NCBI GenBank assembly: GCA_963662545.2
Contig: CAXXLL010000002.1
Coordinates: 576,001-640,000 of the forward strand
Source of the DNA: Gammaproteobacteria bacterium
GTDB taxonomy: Bacteria > Pseudomonadota > Gammaproteobacteria > Ga0077536
Reading direction: 5' to 3'
DNA: 64,000 nucleotides
A program made the position numbers and the translations under genes. This document shows positions 1 to 9,775 of this stretch, one piece after another. The notes under the pieces were generated by a model, which had not been told where the DNA came from, did no database searches, and worked only from the letters and a program-made list of their open reading frames with translations. The number at the start of each line of letters is the position of its first letter. The first letter of the stretch is position 1.

Positions 1-251
1 TAAGCCTACCAGGCGGCTTTCTTAGCGAACACGGCGGTGATTTGTTACTAAGTGACTGATGCGGTCTGACGCAAAGCCATGAACCCTTTGGTTTCCACGC
101 ATAGCTGCGCAGGGCGTGCAGGATTATGAGAGCATCTAAACAGCTTCATACCTCCTACACGTAATACCGTTTCTTCTGAAAATGCCTAAAATGCACTCTT
201 CTGCTTAATCATCGAGCAATAATCGGCAGCATTGGGATTGCAGAGTAAGAA

Positions 252-533
252 ATGGCAGACGACAACCTAAAACATATAGACGCTAGCACACATGAAATCC
301 GAGAACTCGTAGAAAACATTGTCGGAAAGCCCTTAAGCGAAGCTGTTATCGAGGGCGCGTTTTGCCCAAGATGCGTCGCGATTACACTGCTGGAGTGGGC
401 GTCCTATGCCGCCGTGTCATCGGGCGCTACCGCGAGTGACGTTATGAGTGCGGCGGCAGACGGCGCCGCCACTGCCGAAGAAGAGGCCGAGGCACACGCC
501 GAGGAAGGCGGCTTGCAGGAGATCCGGCACTAA
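252..533 (+). CDS. small acidic hypothetical protein with CxxC (CPRC) motif
   Basis: 93-aa ORF with ATG after a purine-rich stretch and plausible composition; no family recognised. Confidence 0.5.
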   Translation: MADDNLKHIDASTHEIRELVENIVGKPLSEAVIEGAFCPRCVAITLLEWASYAAVSSGATASDVMSAAADGAATAEEEAEAHAEEGGLQEIRH

Positions 534-599
534 CGTATTGCGTCATTCAAGCCCCAAAAGGATATCTGGCTCCGGCCGTTCAGAAGGGATTGGAAACGA

Positions 600-713
600 A
601 TGCTTAATCGCTGAAACCTCCCGCGCCGCATCCAACCGCGCCATGCCCTGCCCAACCACAACTTGCCGAAACTTCGAAACAATCTCCTCTGGCTTATGTT
701 CCTTGTTCGCCAT
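600..713 (-). pseudogene. IS3-family OrfA N-terminal remnant
   Basis: Minus strand reads MANKEHKPEEIVSKFRQVVVGQGMARLDAARE after an AGGAGG RBS, resembling IS3 OrfA starts (KRHKPEEIVxKLRQV); left boundary approximate. Confidence 0.6.
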
Positions 714-815
714 CTGTCATCCTCCTTCTTCCTAAATTTTTACGGTGAATCACTTCTCGCGGGAAGGACCACGAGGACGCTCTAACTACACTCTGTCTAC
801 CGAAAGCACAGAATT

Positions 816-938
816 CGCCATTAGCGCCAGAGCGCACCAAATGCTCGAGATTAGGAGATTTAGAAAACGAGCAACAGATGCGTCAATCTTAGAGATCTCC
901 TAATGGTCGCGATCTGGTGAGCTCTGGCGCTAATGGCG
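816..938. repeat. long imperfect inverted repeat (about 123-bp hairpin)
   Basis: CGCCATTAGCGCCAGAGCgCACCA pairs with TGGTGaGCTCTGGCGCTAATGGCG; inner ATTAGGAGAT pairs with ATCTCCTAAT. Confidence 0.75.
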
Positions 939-1189
939 GGAGAACAGCTCGCCCTATAAGCGCGATCAGCGACACGATCTCAATTAACTTACTTCTTCAC
1001 GCGTGCTTGTTTTATATCTATCTGACGCCGGACAGACGGAATCCTCAGGTCTTCCCTATTTTGAGCACCTTATGTCCGAAAGGTTTTGACGACGTACAAC
1101 GCGTCGTGATGTCTTAAAGGGCATGATCACCAATCAATAAGCTGGGTTGCTGGCAAGCGTCGAATCCGGACGCCGAACAACTATCCGCG

Positions 1190-2491
1190 CTACTGCGATC
1201 CCTCTCTGAAGCGGGTAAAAGACTCAGAGTCTGGTAACCGACCTGTATTGGCATATTCCGGGAACTCGTATTCGTAACCTAATACGATCCCCTGTGCCCC
1301 CAGCCCCGCCGTCGCCCGCATTTTCGCCATTTCCTGCATCAGGTTGGCGAAATTGTCATGAGCAACCTTGCCCCGCACATCCCCAGACAACCTCGACAAA
1401 AGCAAGTCAAAGCGGCTGAATTCCTGCTCGAGCTTGCTGGCGCCACCAACCGCGTCGGACCCAATCATGAACCGGTCCGGGTAACGCTCAATCAACTGCA
1501 CCCAACGATCCAGCTCCTTGTATACGTAATCCTCCAAGACAACCCACGACAGATCGATGTAAACCTGATCTACTGAATCCTTTAGCACTTCTTCGATCCA
1601 GAATGGGAGATTCTCAATGGTGACTCTTCTGCTGATGCCTGCATGGCACCAGATGAATCGGGTCGTGTAGCTAACCTCATCCTCCTGCCATCGACAATGA
1701 CGAAACAGTTCGACCAACTCGTCAAGATAGAGTGGCGGCTTGGTTTCACTGGGATTTCTGGAAATTGGCGCAATGTTGTGATGAATGCTTAGCGGAAGAA
1801 AATGTCTCCCCGCGAATCGGCAGACACGCACCAGCGCCGGGTGATCCGCACGGGGTCTCTCGCCAGTGGTGAGATTGGTAAGATCGTCGTGCCGCGACAT
1901 TATCTCGCCTATCCCTTGCCAAATGCCGGGGAACTCCTTAATCCGTTTCACAATGAGATCGACTGCCCCAAGATCGGTGCCGTCAAAACCCGACATGAAC
2001 GGATGTATCTTGCGCAGTTCGTCAAGCCGATCCGGATCGTCAGCGTATTTTCTCCGATAATCGAGAATGGCCGAAGCGACGGTGATGTCGGTATCACGTG
2101 CGCGCTTCACTCTTGCGCTACTGTCCAGGTAATACCTTGGCCTCAAGAACGGCTCGTTCTCAGACCACTTCTTGATAAACGGCATACCCGACACCATGAT
2201 GTGCTCGACTCTCGCTGCCTTCATCCCCTTAAGCAGGGCCTCGATTCTGCGACCTCTCTCTCCAAAGGGAAGCGTGGAATACCGACCGCCGACGGTTTGG
2301 CCCCACTCCGAACCCGGAAATTTGCCGTCGGTATTCAGAAACTCTCCGTTCTGCAGAAAATCCAGGAGGTGGAAGTGGCTATCCGATCTGTACTCGACCA
2401 GATCGCTTGGAAGGGTTGTCTCAGTCTCTTGAGCCAACGGACCTTGTGTAATAAGTATCAGGACCAATAGTAGTAAGGATGCTTTTTTCAT
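1190..2491 (-). CDS. secreted amidohydrolase-superfamily (TIM-barrel metallohydrolase) protein
   Basis: Signal peptide MKKASLLLLVLILIT..AQ; DSHFH metal motif, IHHN, WCHAG, IDLSW, FMIGSD. Confidence 0.8.
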   Translation of the reverse strand: MKKASLLLLVLILITQGPLAQETETTLPSDLVEYRSDSHFHLLDFLQNGEFLNTDGKFPGSEWGQTVGGRYSTLPFGERGRRIEALLKGMKAARVEHIMVSGMPFIKKWSENEPFLRPRYYLDSSARVKRARDTDITVASAILDYRRKYADDPDRLDELRKIHPFMSGFDGTDLGAVDLIVKRIKEFPGIWQGIGEIMSRHDDLTNLTTGERPRADHPALVRVCRFAGRHFLPLSIHHNIAPISRNPSETKPPLYLDELVELFRHCRWQEDEVSYTTRFIWCHAGISRRVTIENLPFWIEEVLKDSVDQVYIDLSWVVLEDYVYKELDRWVQLIERYPDRFMIGSDAVGGASKLEQEFSRFDLLLSRLSGDVRGKVAHDNFANLMQEMAKMRATAGLGAQGIVLGYEYEFPEYANTGRLPDSESFTRFREGSQ

Positions 2492-2506
2492 CTTTCTAGT
2501 TAAGAC

Positions 2507-2600
2507 TGGCCGTCGTCAGAAGAATTTGGACAGATGTGAGCCTGATTTTAAGGCGGGTCTGGTGCATCTGGTTGATGATCTTAGGCGGCCTGCGATGTTT
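2507..2600 (-). mobile_element. IS3-family right-end remnant
   Basis: TGGCCGTCGTCAGAAGAATTTGGACAG resembles the reverse complement of the IS3 right IR near 62569-62594 (TGTCCGTCATCAGAATACTTGAGACAG). Confidence 0.5.
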
Positions 2601-2709
2601 TCCGCTAGCATTCTTCTCGCTTCAGATTATTCAGGTGGCGCAGCCTAATGTCGGACCTCTTAGGCGGCGCTCCTGCGATGTTTTCCGCATTCTTCTCGCT
2701 TCAGATTAT
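2580..2709 (+). repeat. imperfect direct repeat of about 51 bp (2580-2630 and 2659-2709)
   Basis: CTTAGGCGGC..CTGCGATGTTTTCCGC..ATTCTTCTCGCTTCAGATTAT occurs twice with small indels. Confidence 0.8.
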
Positions 2710-3080
2710 GTGTTTCGGTTTATGAATGCCCACGTGCGCATCGAATTGTTGACTCCCCGATCAAGTGTTCGGAAATGTAAACTCTCGATCTCGCTTCGCC
2801 ATCTCGCGAAGAATGTCAATCAAAGCATCTTTAGCTGTTCTTGCCGTTCTCGCCGTATCGAATAAACGGTAAGAAATCTCCCTGCTACCTGGTTTCTTTG
2901 GTGAGGTCGCCGTTCCGTTATCAGAAGGTGGTAGTTCGATCGATGGCTTTGGCGAAGACGGTACCCTATCTGAGAGTGGAATAGGTTTCTCAATCAGCAT
3001 CCCAACTGTTGAGTTGCATCGAAAAGTGATCCGGGATTTGCATTGAAAATTGACCCACCCGGAAGAGCCAGTATGGCTCG

Positions 3081-3854
3081 TTACTTTGATAATTTTCTAG
3101 TCTTCTTTTCCTTTTTCTCGCGTATTGAACTGTTTTTGAATCGATAGCTATCATTGCCAGTCTCAGCGATATGGCAGTGATGCGTGAATCGGTCCAAAAG
3201 TGCGGTCGTCATTTTCGGGTCGACGAACACGCTCGACCATTCAGAAAAACTGAGATTCGTCGTGATGACGACGCTGGTACGTTCGTATAGCTTGCTCAGT
3301 AAATGGAAGAGCAATGCGCCGCCCGCTCGCGAGAATGGTAAATAACCGAGTTCATCGAGAATGACGAGATCGGCATGGACAAGACGATTAGCCATTTGTC
3401 CGGGTTTGCCGTCTGCCTTTTCTTGCTCGAGCAGGTTGACAAGTTCGATGGTAGAGAAGCAGCGAACGCGCAGATGAAGATGTCTGATCGCATGGACGCC
3501 AATCGCCGTTGCTAAATGGGTCTTGCCTGTCCCAGGTCCGCCGATGAACACGACGTGGTGTGCGTCGTCGATGAAATCACCGGCATGGAGAGACTTCACC
3601 AGCGTTTGGTCAACGGCGCTCTCGGCGCAGTTGAAACCAGCCAAGTCACGGTATGCCGGGAAGCGAGCCACTTTCATTTGATAGTTGATCGAGCGCACTT
3701 CACGCTCTGCAACTTCCGCTTTGAGCAGTGACTCTAGCAGCGGCTCGGCTTGGTGATAAGCGGGCGCTTGTTGTTGAGCGAGTTCACCGATAGCGTCAGC
3801 CATGCCGTGAAGTTTTAACGATTTTAAGGTCGTCACCATGGCCTCAGCTGGCAT
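3081..3854 (-). CDS. istB: IS21 helper AAA+ ATPase IstB
   Basis: Walker A GGPGTGKT, Walker [22 protein letters not shown]; ATG 3854 overlaps the istA end. Confidence 0.93.
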   Translation of the reverse strand: MPAEAMVTTLKSLKLHGMADAIGELAQQQAPAYHQAEPLLESLLKAEVAEREVRSINYQMKVARFPAYRDLAGFNCAESAVDQTLVKSLHAGDFIDDAHHVVFIGGPGTGKTHLATAIGVHAIRHLHLRVRCFSTIELVNLLEQEKADGKPGQMANRLVHADLVILDELGYLPFSRAGGALLFHLLSKLYERTSVVITTNLSFSEWSSVFVDPKMTTALLDRFTHHCHIAETGNDSYRFKNSSIREKKEKKTRKLSK

Positions 3855-5378
3855 GCATGCGCTCCCGTAAGTGATCGTAGCGATCGACATTGGCTTGCGG
3901 CTCTGCAGTCAAACTTAATCCAGCCGGCGTGTCGATAGGCGCCGGCGCGGTTGCTGCGAGCAACCGGTTTAGAATATTTATAACGTGCTGCTTCGATGGT
4001 GCGCCGGTTTCAAGCGCGAGTTCTACCGCACACAACACGGTCTGTTCGTCGTGGTGTAACACCAACGCCAGGATGTCGACCATCTCGCGGTCTCCTCCAG
4101 GACGTTTGAGCAGCATTGACTGGAGGCGTTTGAAGGCTGCTGGCAGTTCCGCAAATGGTGCACCGTTGCGCAATGCACCCGGTTTGCGTTGTAGCACCGC
4201 CAGATAATGACGCCAGTCGTATAACACTTGCGCCACACGGTCATGGCCTTGCGCAAACAATCGAGGATGTTCAACGACTGGATGGCCTGCGGCGGCAACG
4301 ACGAGGCGGTCCGCGTAAACCCGTAAGCTCACAGCATGGTTCGCGAAAGCCGCGGGCACGCTGTAACGATTACGTTCGAACGCGATCAAACACGTTGGCG
4401 AGACGCGTTTGGTGTGTTCGATGAATCCATCAAACGGTGGTGGCATCCGCATCAGCGCCGGTCGTTCATCCGCCCAGACCTCAGCGATGGTCTGTGTCGG
4501 CTGCTCCGGATGGCGGACTTCGTGCCATAGAGTCTGACAACGCGCACTCAACCAGGTGTTGAGTTCGTCCAGGTCGGCAAACTTCGGCGCGTCGTGCCAC
4601 AGTCGCGACCGTGAGTCTCTCACCCCTTTCTCGACCTGGCCCTTCTCCCAGCCGGCGGCGGGGTTACAAAATGTGGCCTCGAATAAGAAGTGACTGGCCA
4701 TTGCTTGGAAACGCGCGTTGACCGCTCGGGCTTTGCCTCGGCCGACACGATCCACCGCCGTCTTCATGTTGTCGTAAATGCCGCGCTGCGGCACACCGCC
4801 GAGCACCGCTAACCCGTGGTTGTGGGCGTCGAAGAGCATCTCGTGGGTCTGCAACGGGTAGGCCCTGAGGATGAACGCACGGCTATAAGACAGCTTGAAA
4901 TGCGCGACCATCAGCTTACGGCGCTCGCCACCGATCACTGCCCAATCGGCAATTTCCGACTCAATCAACTCCACTGGAACGCTTCTCCTGGTGCAAACAC
5001 CAGCGGGACAAACGCGGCGCGGCTCGCTTTTACTGCTTCTTGCTGCTGCGCCCGCCAAGCTCGTGCGAACGCGGCGACCCGGTCGTAGGAACCACGATAC
5101 CCCAGGTGAACCAAGTCCCTGTAGAGCTGGCGTAAATTGCGCCGTTGTTTGCGACTCCGCCCTGATTCCCGCGTTAACCAAGACGACAGTACGTCCGCGT
5201 AGTCATCTATTTTGCTAGGCGTTTTGCGCGTCGGATACACCGGCTCAACCTCACCGTTGGCCAGATACTTGCGGATTGTGTTTCTGGATAGCTTCGTCCG
5301 TCGTGCTATCTCTCGGATCGATAGGTCCTCGCGAAAGTGCCATCGCCTAATTACGCTTAATAAATCCACCGTTATCAC
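3844..5378 (-). pseudogene. istA: IS21 DDE transposase IstA, frameshifted near 4950-4975
   Basis: N-terminal HTH (4965-5378) and catalytic part (YDNMKTAVD, GWEKGQVE) lie in different frames; the GEAFQFDW motif is broken. Confidence 0.88.
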
Positions 5379-5496
5379 TCCTTTTGTCTCCTGCTCGATT
5401 CCGAGCAGGATAGGGTCTATGGGTGGATCAAAATTAGATGCAAATACCTACCTCAAGTGGATCACTTTTAAGTGCAAATCAACATGTTGAGTTCAT

Positions 5497-5676
5497 CTAT
5501 TTTGCGATAGACCCAATTTTATTAATTACAAAATGCCTTTTATCCTCATTCCCTTTTCCCATCGTGCAAACAATGAAAATTTCTTCATCTTTCACTTCCT
5601 CACTCATCACCACATTAGGTGACAGGAATATCAAACAGGTTAAGAGCAGGACAGGAAGGATGAGAAATCGTTTCAT
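5497..5676 (-). CDS. short putative exported protein or gene fragment (59 aa)
   Basis: MKRFLILPVLLLTCLIFLSPNVVMSEE.. signal-peptide-like start; ends beside the IS21 terminus. Confidence 0.4.
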   Translation of the reverse strand: MKRFLILPVLLLTCLIFLSPNVVMSEEVKDEEIFIVCTMGKGNEDKRHFVINKIGSIAK

Positions 5677-5750
5677 ACGGGAAGTTTAGGGCAGAGTGTC
5701 TGGGATGAGTAGATGGAAATGGGGTCGTAGAGGTTTAATGGGGGCAAGTT

Positions 5751-5939
5751 ATGGAATGGTGGGAATATCTAATCGTATTTGTAGTTTGGGGAGTTTATGG
5801 AGGTCTTCTTTGGAAGGTAATGCCTCCCTTTTCCGCCAATGGGCACACTACCCACGAGGTAGTCAAAGTCATTCTTGGTTTCGTATCTATTTGTTTTCTT
5901 CTCCTCCTTCTAATCACCTACAAGTTATTTCTCACCTGA
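5751..5939 (+). CDS. small two-TM membrane protein
   Basis: 62 aa with two hydrophobic segments, in an AT-rich block. Confidence 0.45.
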   Translation: MEWWEYLIVFVVWGVYGGLLWKVMPPFSANGHTTHEVVKVILGFVSICFLLLLLITYKLFLT

Positions 5940-5978
5940 AGCACAGTGAGACAGAGTATGGTGAGAATGTGTTTCATA

Positions 5979-6559
5979 TCAGCACCCTTTATATTTTCTC
6001 TTCAAACACGCGGAGGAAAGTGCTTGAGCTTTTTCTAGCTCAGATGCCGTTAAGCTTTCGGCAATTTCGTCTCGTAAATCATCCCCGGCAAGATTGGCCC
6101 ACATGTACGCTTTAATGCGACCATGGGATGTTGTTGAATCTGTTTCGTTCCACCAGTCAGAAATTCTGTCTGTGAGGTTGAGTGTGTCTGTGACTTTCCC
6201 AGCTTGGTAGAGGCGCGCGATATTAAGCATCGCATCTTTATTCCCCCCTTCGGCAGACAGGAGATACCACTTAAGCGCTTCTTTATAATTTTGTAGAACG
6301 CCGTCGCCGTCGCGGTACGTAGTCCCCGTTTGATTGTTCGTCACGCTTACTAGGCTGTGCGCATATTCACCGTCTTTCCAAATACCTTCTTCCTTCACGC
6401 TTCCATCGGGCCAGGTATTGGTACCTTGTCCGTGCTCTTTGTCATCCTTCCATTCACCGACGTATTTATCCCCATCGGCCTTAACGGTGCCTTCGCAGTT
6501 GTCCCAAGTGTTGTTGTCGTAACTGCCCGGACAGCGAGGCAATGCCCAGCTCTCAGCCG
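5979..6559 (-). pseudogene. MORN-repeat plus Sel1-like repeat protein, 5'-truncated by IS6
   Basis: MORN DGDKYVGEWKDDKEHGQGT; Sel1 YRDGDGVLQNYKEALKWYLLSAEGGN; frame continues upstream (AAESWALPRC) into the IS6 end. Confidence 0.75.
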
Positions 6560-7332
6560 CGTACTGACAAGTTATTGTCCCTGGACCGCAGAATTTTGCT
6601 CTCCAGTTTTACGCCACTGCCGATGACCAATTATTAAACGCATCTTCCCTGAGATTTCGATAATGTGCGGCTTTGACTAAGTGACGACCCAGATTGAACA
6701 AGTTGTAAACGGTAGCGTGAACAGTCAAGAATCTTCCCGCGTGCCTTGGTGACTTGAATCTCCGCATCCCGCGCTCCCTCACGCTGGTTAGTTCGTGCGA
6801 TTGCTCTGCTCGATTATTAGCATATTGCGATGTATCGTGTATCGCTTCAGGAATAATCTCCCGATGCGCCACGCAATAACTCCGCAATTTGTCTGTCACG
6901 ATCCGCCTGGGTTCGCCGCCATGGCTTCTCAGTAAGCGCTTGAAGAAACGCTTTGCAGCCGCGCCATCTCTACGGCTTTGGAGAAACACGTCCACCACTT
7001 CACCATCCTGATCGACTGCCCGCCATAGATAATGCTGTTTGCCATTGATCTTCACGAAGACTTCATCGATGCAGAAGGTATCGCCGTAGCCATGATGCTT
7101 TCGCTTCAGTCGCCTGGCGAACCTGGGACCGAACTTGATACACCAGAGCCGAATGGTTTCGTAGGTGACTGTGATGCCTCGCTGAGCAAGCAAATCTTCG
7201 ATATCACGGTGGCTGAGGTTGAATCTGCAGTAAAGCCAGACTGCATAGCTGATGATCTCAGGTGGGAACCGGTAACGTTTGTAGATATTCATTCCGGAAT
7301 TATCCATTTTCGAGAGTTAAGTTGTCAGTACG
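6560..7332 (-). mobile_element. IS6-family insertion sequence
   Basis: IRs CGTACTGACAAgTTA and TAAgTTGTCAGTACG around a 232-aa transposase; flanks unrelated. Confidence 0.9.
6609..7307 (-). CDS. IS6-family DDE transposase
   Basis: RFPPEIISYAVW, IDEVFVKING..YLWRAVDQ, IVTDKL, NNRAEQSH. Confidence 0.93.
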   Translation of the reverse strand: MDNSGMNIYKRYRFPPEIISYAVWLYCRFNLSHRDIEDLLAQRGITVTYETIRLWCIKFGPRFARRLKRKHHGYGDTFCIDEVFVKINGKQHYLWRAVDQDGEVVDVFLQSRRDGAAAKRFFKRLLRSHGGEPRRIVTDKLRSYCVAHREIIPEAIHDTSQYANNRAEQSHELTSVRERGMRRFKSPRHAGRFLTVHATVYNLFNLGRHLVKAAHYRNLREDAFNNWSSAVA

Positions 7333-7455
7333 GGGATAGACCCAAGGTAAGCAGGCTTATCATCCTCCTATGCTGGGTTCCCCCGCACACGCGGGGATAG
7401 ACCCCTGCGCCGGCTCACGCGCGACCAGACGAATAAGGTTCCCCCGCACACGCGG
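7331..7455 (+). CRISPR. orphan type I-E-like CRISPR array remnant: one full and two partial 29-bp repeats, two 32-bp spacers
   Basis: Repeat GGTTCCCCCGCACACGCGGGGATAGACCC full at 7376-7404; 3' half at 7331-7343; 5' part at 7437-7455; spacers 7344-7375 and 7405-7436 both 32 bp. Confidence 0.92.
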
Positions 7456-7545
7456 CGTTGTTGCATGGATCGGGGCGGAGATGGAATTCGCCCTTTCCCA
7501 AGCGGTAGCGTCAGGCGATGCGTTCGAACACAGGCCGTCCGAGTG
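7454..7545 (-). mobile_element. IS5-family (IS903-like) right-end fragment
   Basis: IR GGCGTTGTTGCATGGATC; minus strand encodes a transposase-like C-terminus LGRPVFERIA*. Confidence 0.7.
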
Positions 7546-7691
7546 AGCGTTGTTGCATGGATCATCCCGAAGGATGCCTTATCATCGTGTTTTTCAACAC
7601 AGGGGATAACCTAGATGCCACATAAGTTCAACGCAGCGCGACGGCACAAGTTTGATCAGGCATCCTTCGGGATGATCCATGCAACAACGCT
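7546..7691 (+). mobile_element. IS5-derived miniature element bounded by two inverted left ends
   Basis: Perfect 34-bp IR AGCGTTGTTGCATGGATCATCCCGAAGGATGCCT (7546-7579 and 7658-7691) enclosing the transposase start MPHKFNAARRHKFD. Confidence 0.75.
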
Positions 7692-7899
7692 GAGTACCGA
7701 CACGTTTCGAATGCTCCAACCGGGCCAAGCGCTGCTGCGTATCTTCGCCGGTATCGCAGAGCCGCTATTGGATCGAACAGTCGCCAATACACCGAAGGGC
7801 CGCACGCTTGCCCAGCTTCGTCAAACGCTCTTCCCAAAACTCATCGGGGGCGAAATTAGCCTGTCGAACGCCGAAGAAGCCGTGGAGGCCGCGGCGTGA
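7692..7899 (+). pseudogene. hsdS: type I R-M specificity subunit, C-terminal remnant
   Basis: RTLAQLRQTLFPKLIGGEI..AEEAVEAAA matches the conserved HsdS C-terminal helix (TLxxLRDTLLPKLISGE). Confidence 0.8.
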
Positions 7900-8612
7900 G
7901 CGACAAATACCCAACCCTAGACGCCCTGGTCGCGCTCGGCTTTGAGCACCGGGAGCCCGAATTCGGCATGGAAGCCGTTGGCTATCGGTTTCGCTATCTC
8001 GACTTGAAGGCCTCCGCCTCAATAAGCATGTATTTTCGGCCCGACGTGCTTCTCAGCGGCGTTCTCAATACCGGGCGTACTCTGAGCCAAATAGAGCACC
8101 ACCTTCCGGCAGATCTCGGGACCCCTCAGGAAGCCGCGGCCTGGGTAAGCTACGTTCTCAAATCGGACCGGTCCGATCTAGAGCCCTTGCCAGCTTGGTT
8201 TCTGGAGGGAGAACGCCACTGGGACCTCGTGCCGGCCGTCCGAGAGGAACAGGCGAGTCAGGAAAGGTTAGAGGCCTACCTGGCGGCCTACCAAGCAAGC
8301 TCTAAGTGTTTCATCGACCGGGAGTATGCCCGCCCCCTTCGGCGTAAGCTGCAAGCTGCTCTGTCCGAGATTGCCGGGGAGGCCGAGATGACGTTCAACT
8401 TCGACGGGCGTGTTCTCAGCATCGGCTTGTGTGGCCTCGTGCACGAAGTCGTTGCATCGGGGGAAAGTTGGCCGTCCTCCTACCAAGTTACGGTATCCTC
8501 AGAAACGCGGCTGCCCCCACGGTTTACCTCCTCGACGGTTGAGGTGAACGTGTTCAAAGACAATTTGATTTTGGCGGAGCTTCGCTTGGGGCCGTGTGAG
8601 GTGGCCGCATGA
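7896..8612 (+). CDS. hypothetical protein embedded in a type I R-M operon
   Basis: Intact 238-aa ORF; GTGA overlap with the hsdS stop and ATGA overlap with the next start. Confidence 0.8.
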   Translation: MSDKYPTLDALVALGFEHREPEFGMEAVGYRFRYLDLKASASISMYFRPDVLLSGVLNTGRTLSQIEHHLPADLGTPQEAAAWVSYVLKSDRSDLEPLPAWFLEGERHWDLVPAVREEQASQERLEAYLAAYQASSKCFIDREYARPLRRKLQAALSEIAGEAEMTFNFDGRVLSIGLCGLVHEVVASGESWPSSYQVTVSSETRLPPRFTSSTVEVNVFKDNLILAELRLGPCEVAA

Positions 8613-8640
8613 AATTGTCTGAAAGCGAGGTCGGGCACGC
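8609..8640 (+). pseudogene. possible first codons of a truncated hsdR
   Basis: MKLSESEV resembles HsdR starts (xxESxVE); position fits operon order, but the match is very short. Confidence 0.35.
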
Positions 8641-9188
8641 CGGGCGCGGAGTGCACTGACTACAGCGCGGTCGTGGTGGGGGCGGTCGCGAGACGCGTTG
8701 GTGCGGCTGAACCTGTAGGTTAAGCTCTCGACAACCCACGTGATCGCGGAAAGTCCCGCTTATTCGCCCAGCACCGGGAGCTACCCAGCGCTGCATTGAA
8801 CAGCTGTTGTATTCAGCGGGTGGCCCGACAGGGCGGACCACATGAGTTGTCACGGTGGGCGGTGTGCTATAGCGACGTTGAGATCGTCAAGCGTATATAG
8901 TTGTTGACGAATAAACGACAACGGCTATGGGTGCTTAGTGGTCACTTTGTCAACGGTGACGCAAAAGGTTGGCAGCCGCGAGTGTGTCAACCGGCTTTGA
9001 AGGCCGCTTCTTCATGCTGAGCAATATTGCCCTCGTTTTCCGCTGGGGGTGGGCCCAACGAGGCAACCGGACCGCAGGTGCGACGCTGTTTGTTACGGTC
9101 TTGGTGACTCTTTGCGCTTTAGCGGTTTGCGGTTGGAACCGCTCTTGTCGCGCCGTTTGTTTGCCTTGGCTCAGGCGCCTGAACGCGG

Positions 9189-9737
9189 TCAGTCGGACTC
9201 GACCTCGACGAGCTCGTAGACATCCGGGTGGTTCTGGGCCATGCGTCGTGCCTTGTCTATGTCGGCGAGCGGCTGGATGTCACCGGGGCCGTGCCACACG
9301 AGGCCGGTCCCATACAATCCATCAGCGTACCAGGACCGCCGACCAAGGTAGCGGATCGCCACCGCAGGCTGGGCCGGCTCGGCTGTCGGCACCGGCTCGA
9401 CGGGGACCGTCGCCGGCACACCGTTGACCGCACCACACACTGGACAGTGCCTGGACTTCGAGGCCACCACGCGATACATCCACGGGCCCTGGTAGCCGCG
9501 ACGCCGTTTCTCGATGTCTCCGGTTTGCTGTAACCATCGGCGCGCCTTGGTCAGCGCGGCACGGCTCACGCCGGTCTTCGAACGCGCCACCTCAATCGCG
9601 CGCGCCGACACCCAGCCGGCGGCGTCCAAGCAGCTGCCCGCCTCCACGTGCGCCAGCAGCCACGCACTCGCTCGTTCAAGCGGGGTGCGCGTACCCCCTC
9701 GACTTGACAAGGCCATCATCTCGCCATGTTTCATCAA
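9189..9737 (-). CDS. hypothetical, probably phage-derived protein
   Basis: HTH-like N-terminal part, CPVC, Pro/Ala linker, C-terminal IRYLGRRSWYADGLYGTGLVW..HPDVY segment reminiscent of prophage proteins. Confidence 0.45.
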   Translation of the reverse strand: MMKHGEMMALSSRGGTRTPLERASAWLLAHVEAGSCLDAAGWVSARAIEVARSKTGVSRAALTKARRWLQQTGDIEKRRRGYQGPWMYRVVASKSRHCPVCGAVNGVPATVPVEPVPTAEPAQPAVAIRYLGRRSWYADGLYGTGLVWHGPGDIQPLADIDKARRMAQNHPDVYELVEVESD

Positions 9738-9775
9738 TGATCCTTCAATGGTGGTCGTTCAGGCATGGGTTCACG

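Larger units (their letters stand above)
3007..5484 (-). mobile_element. IS21-family insertion sequence
   Basis: Ends TGTTGAGTTGCA...TGCAAATCAACA with repeated internal TTGCATnGAAAAnTGAyCC motifs; contains istA and istB; no target duplication seen. Confidence 0.93.

Noticed and set aside
2761-3000. Gene fragment cut by IS21, vaguely like C-termini of restriction-associated proteins
   Set aside because: No diagnostic motif; identity cannot be supported.
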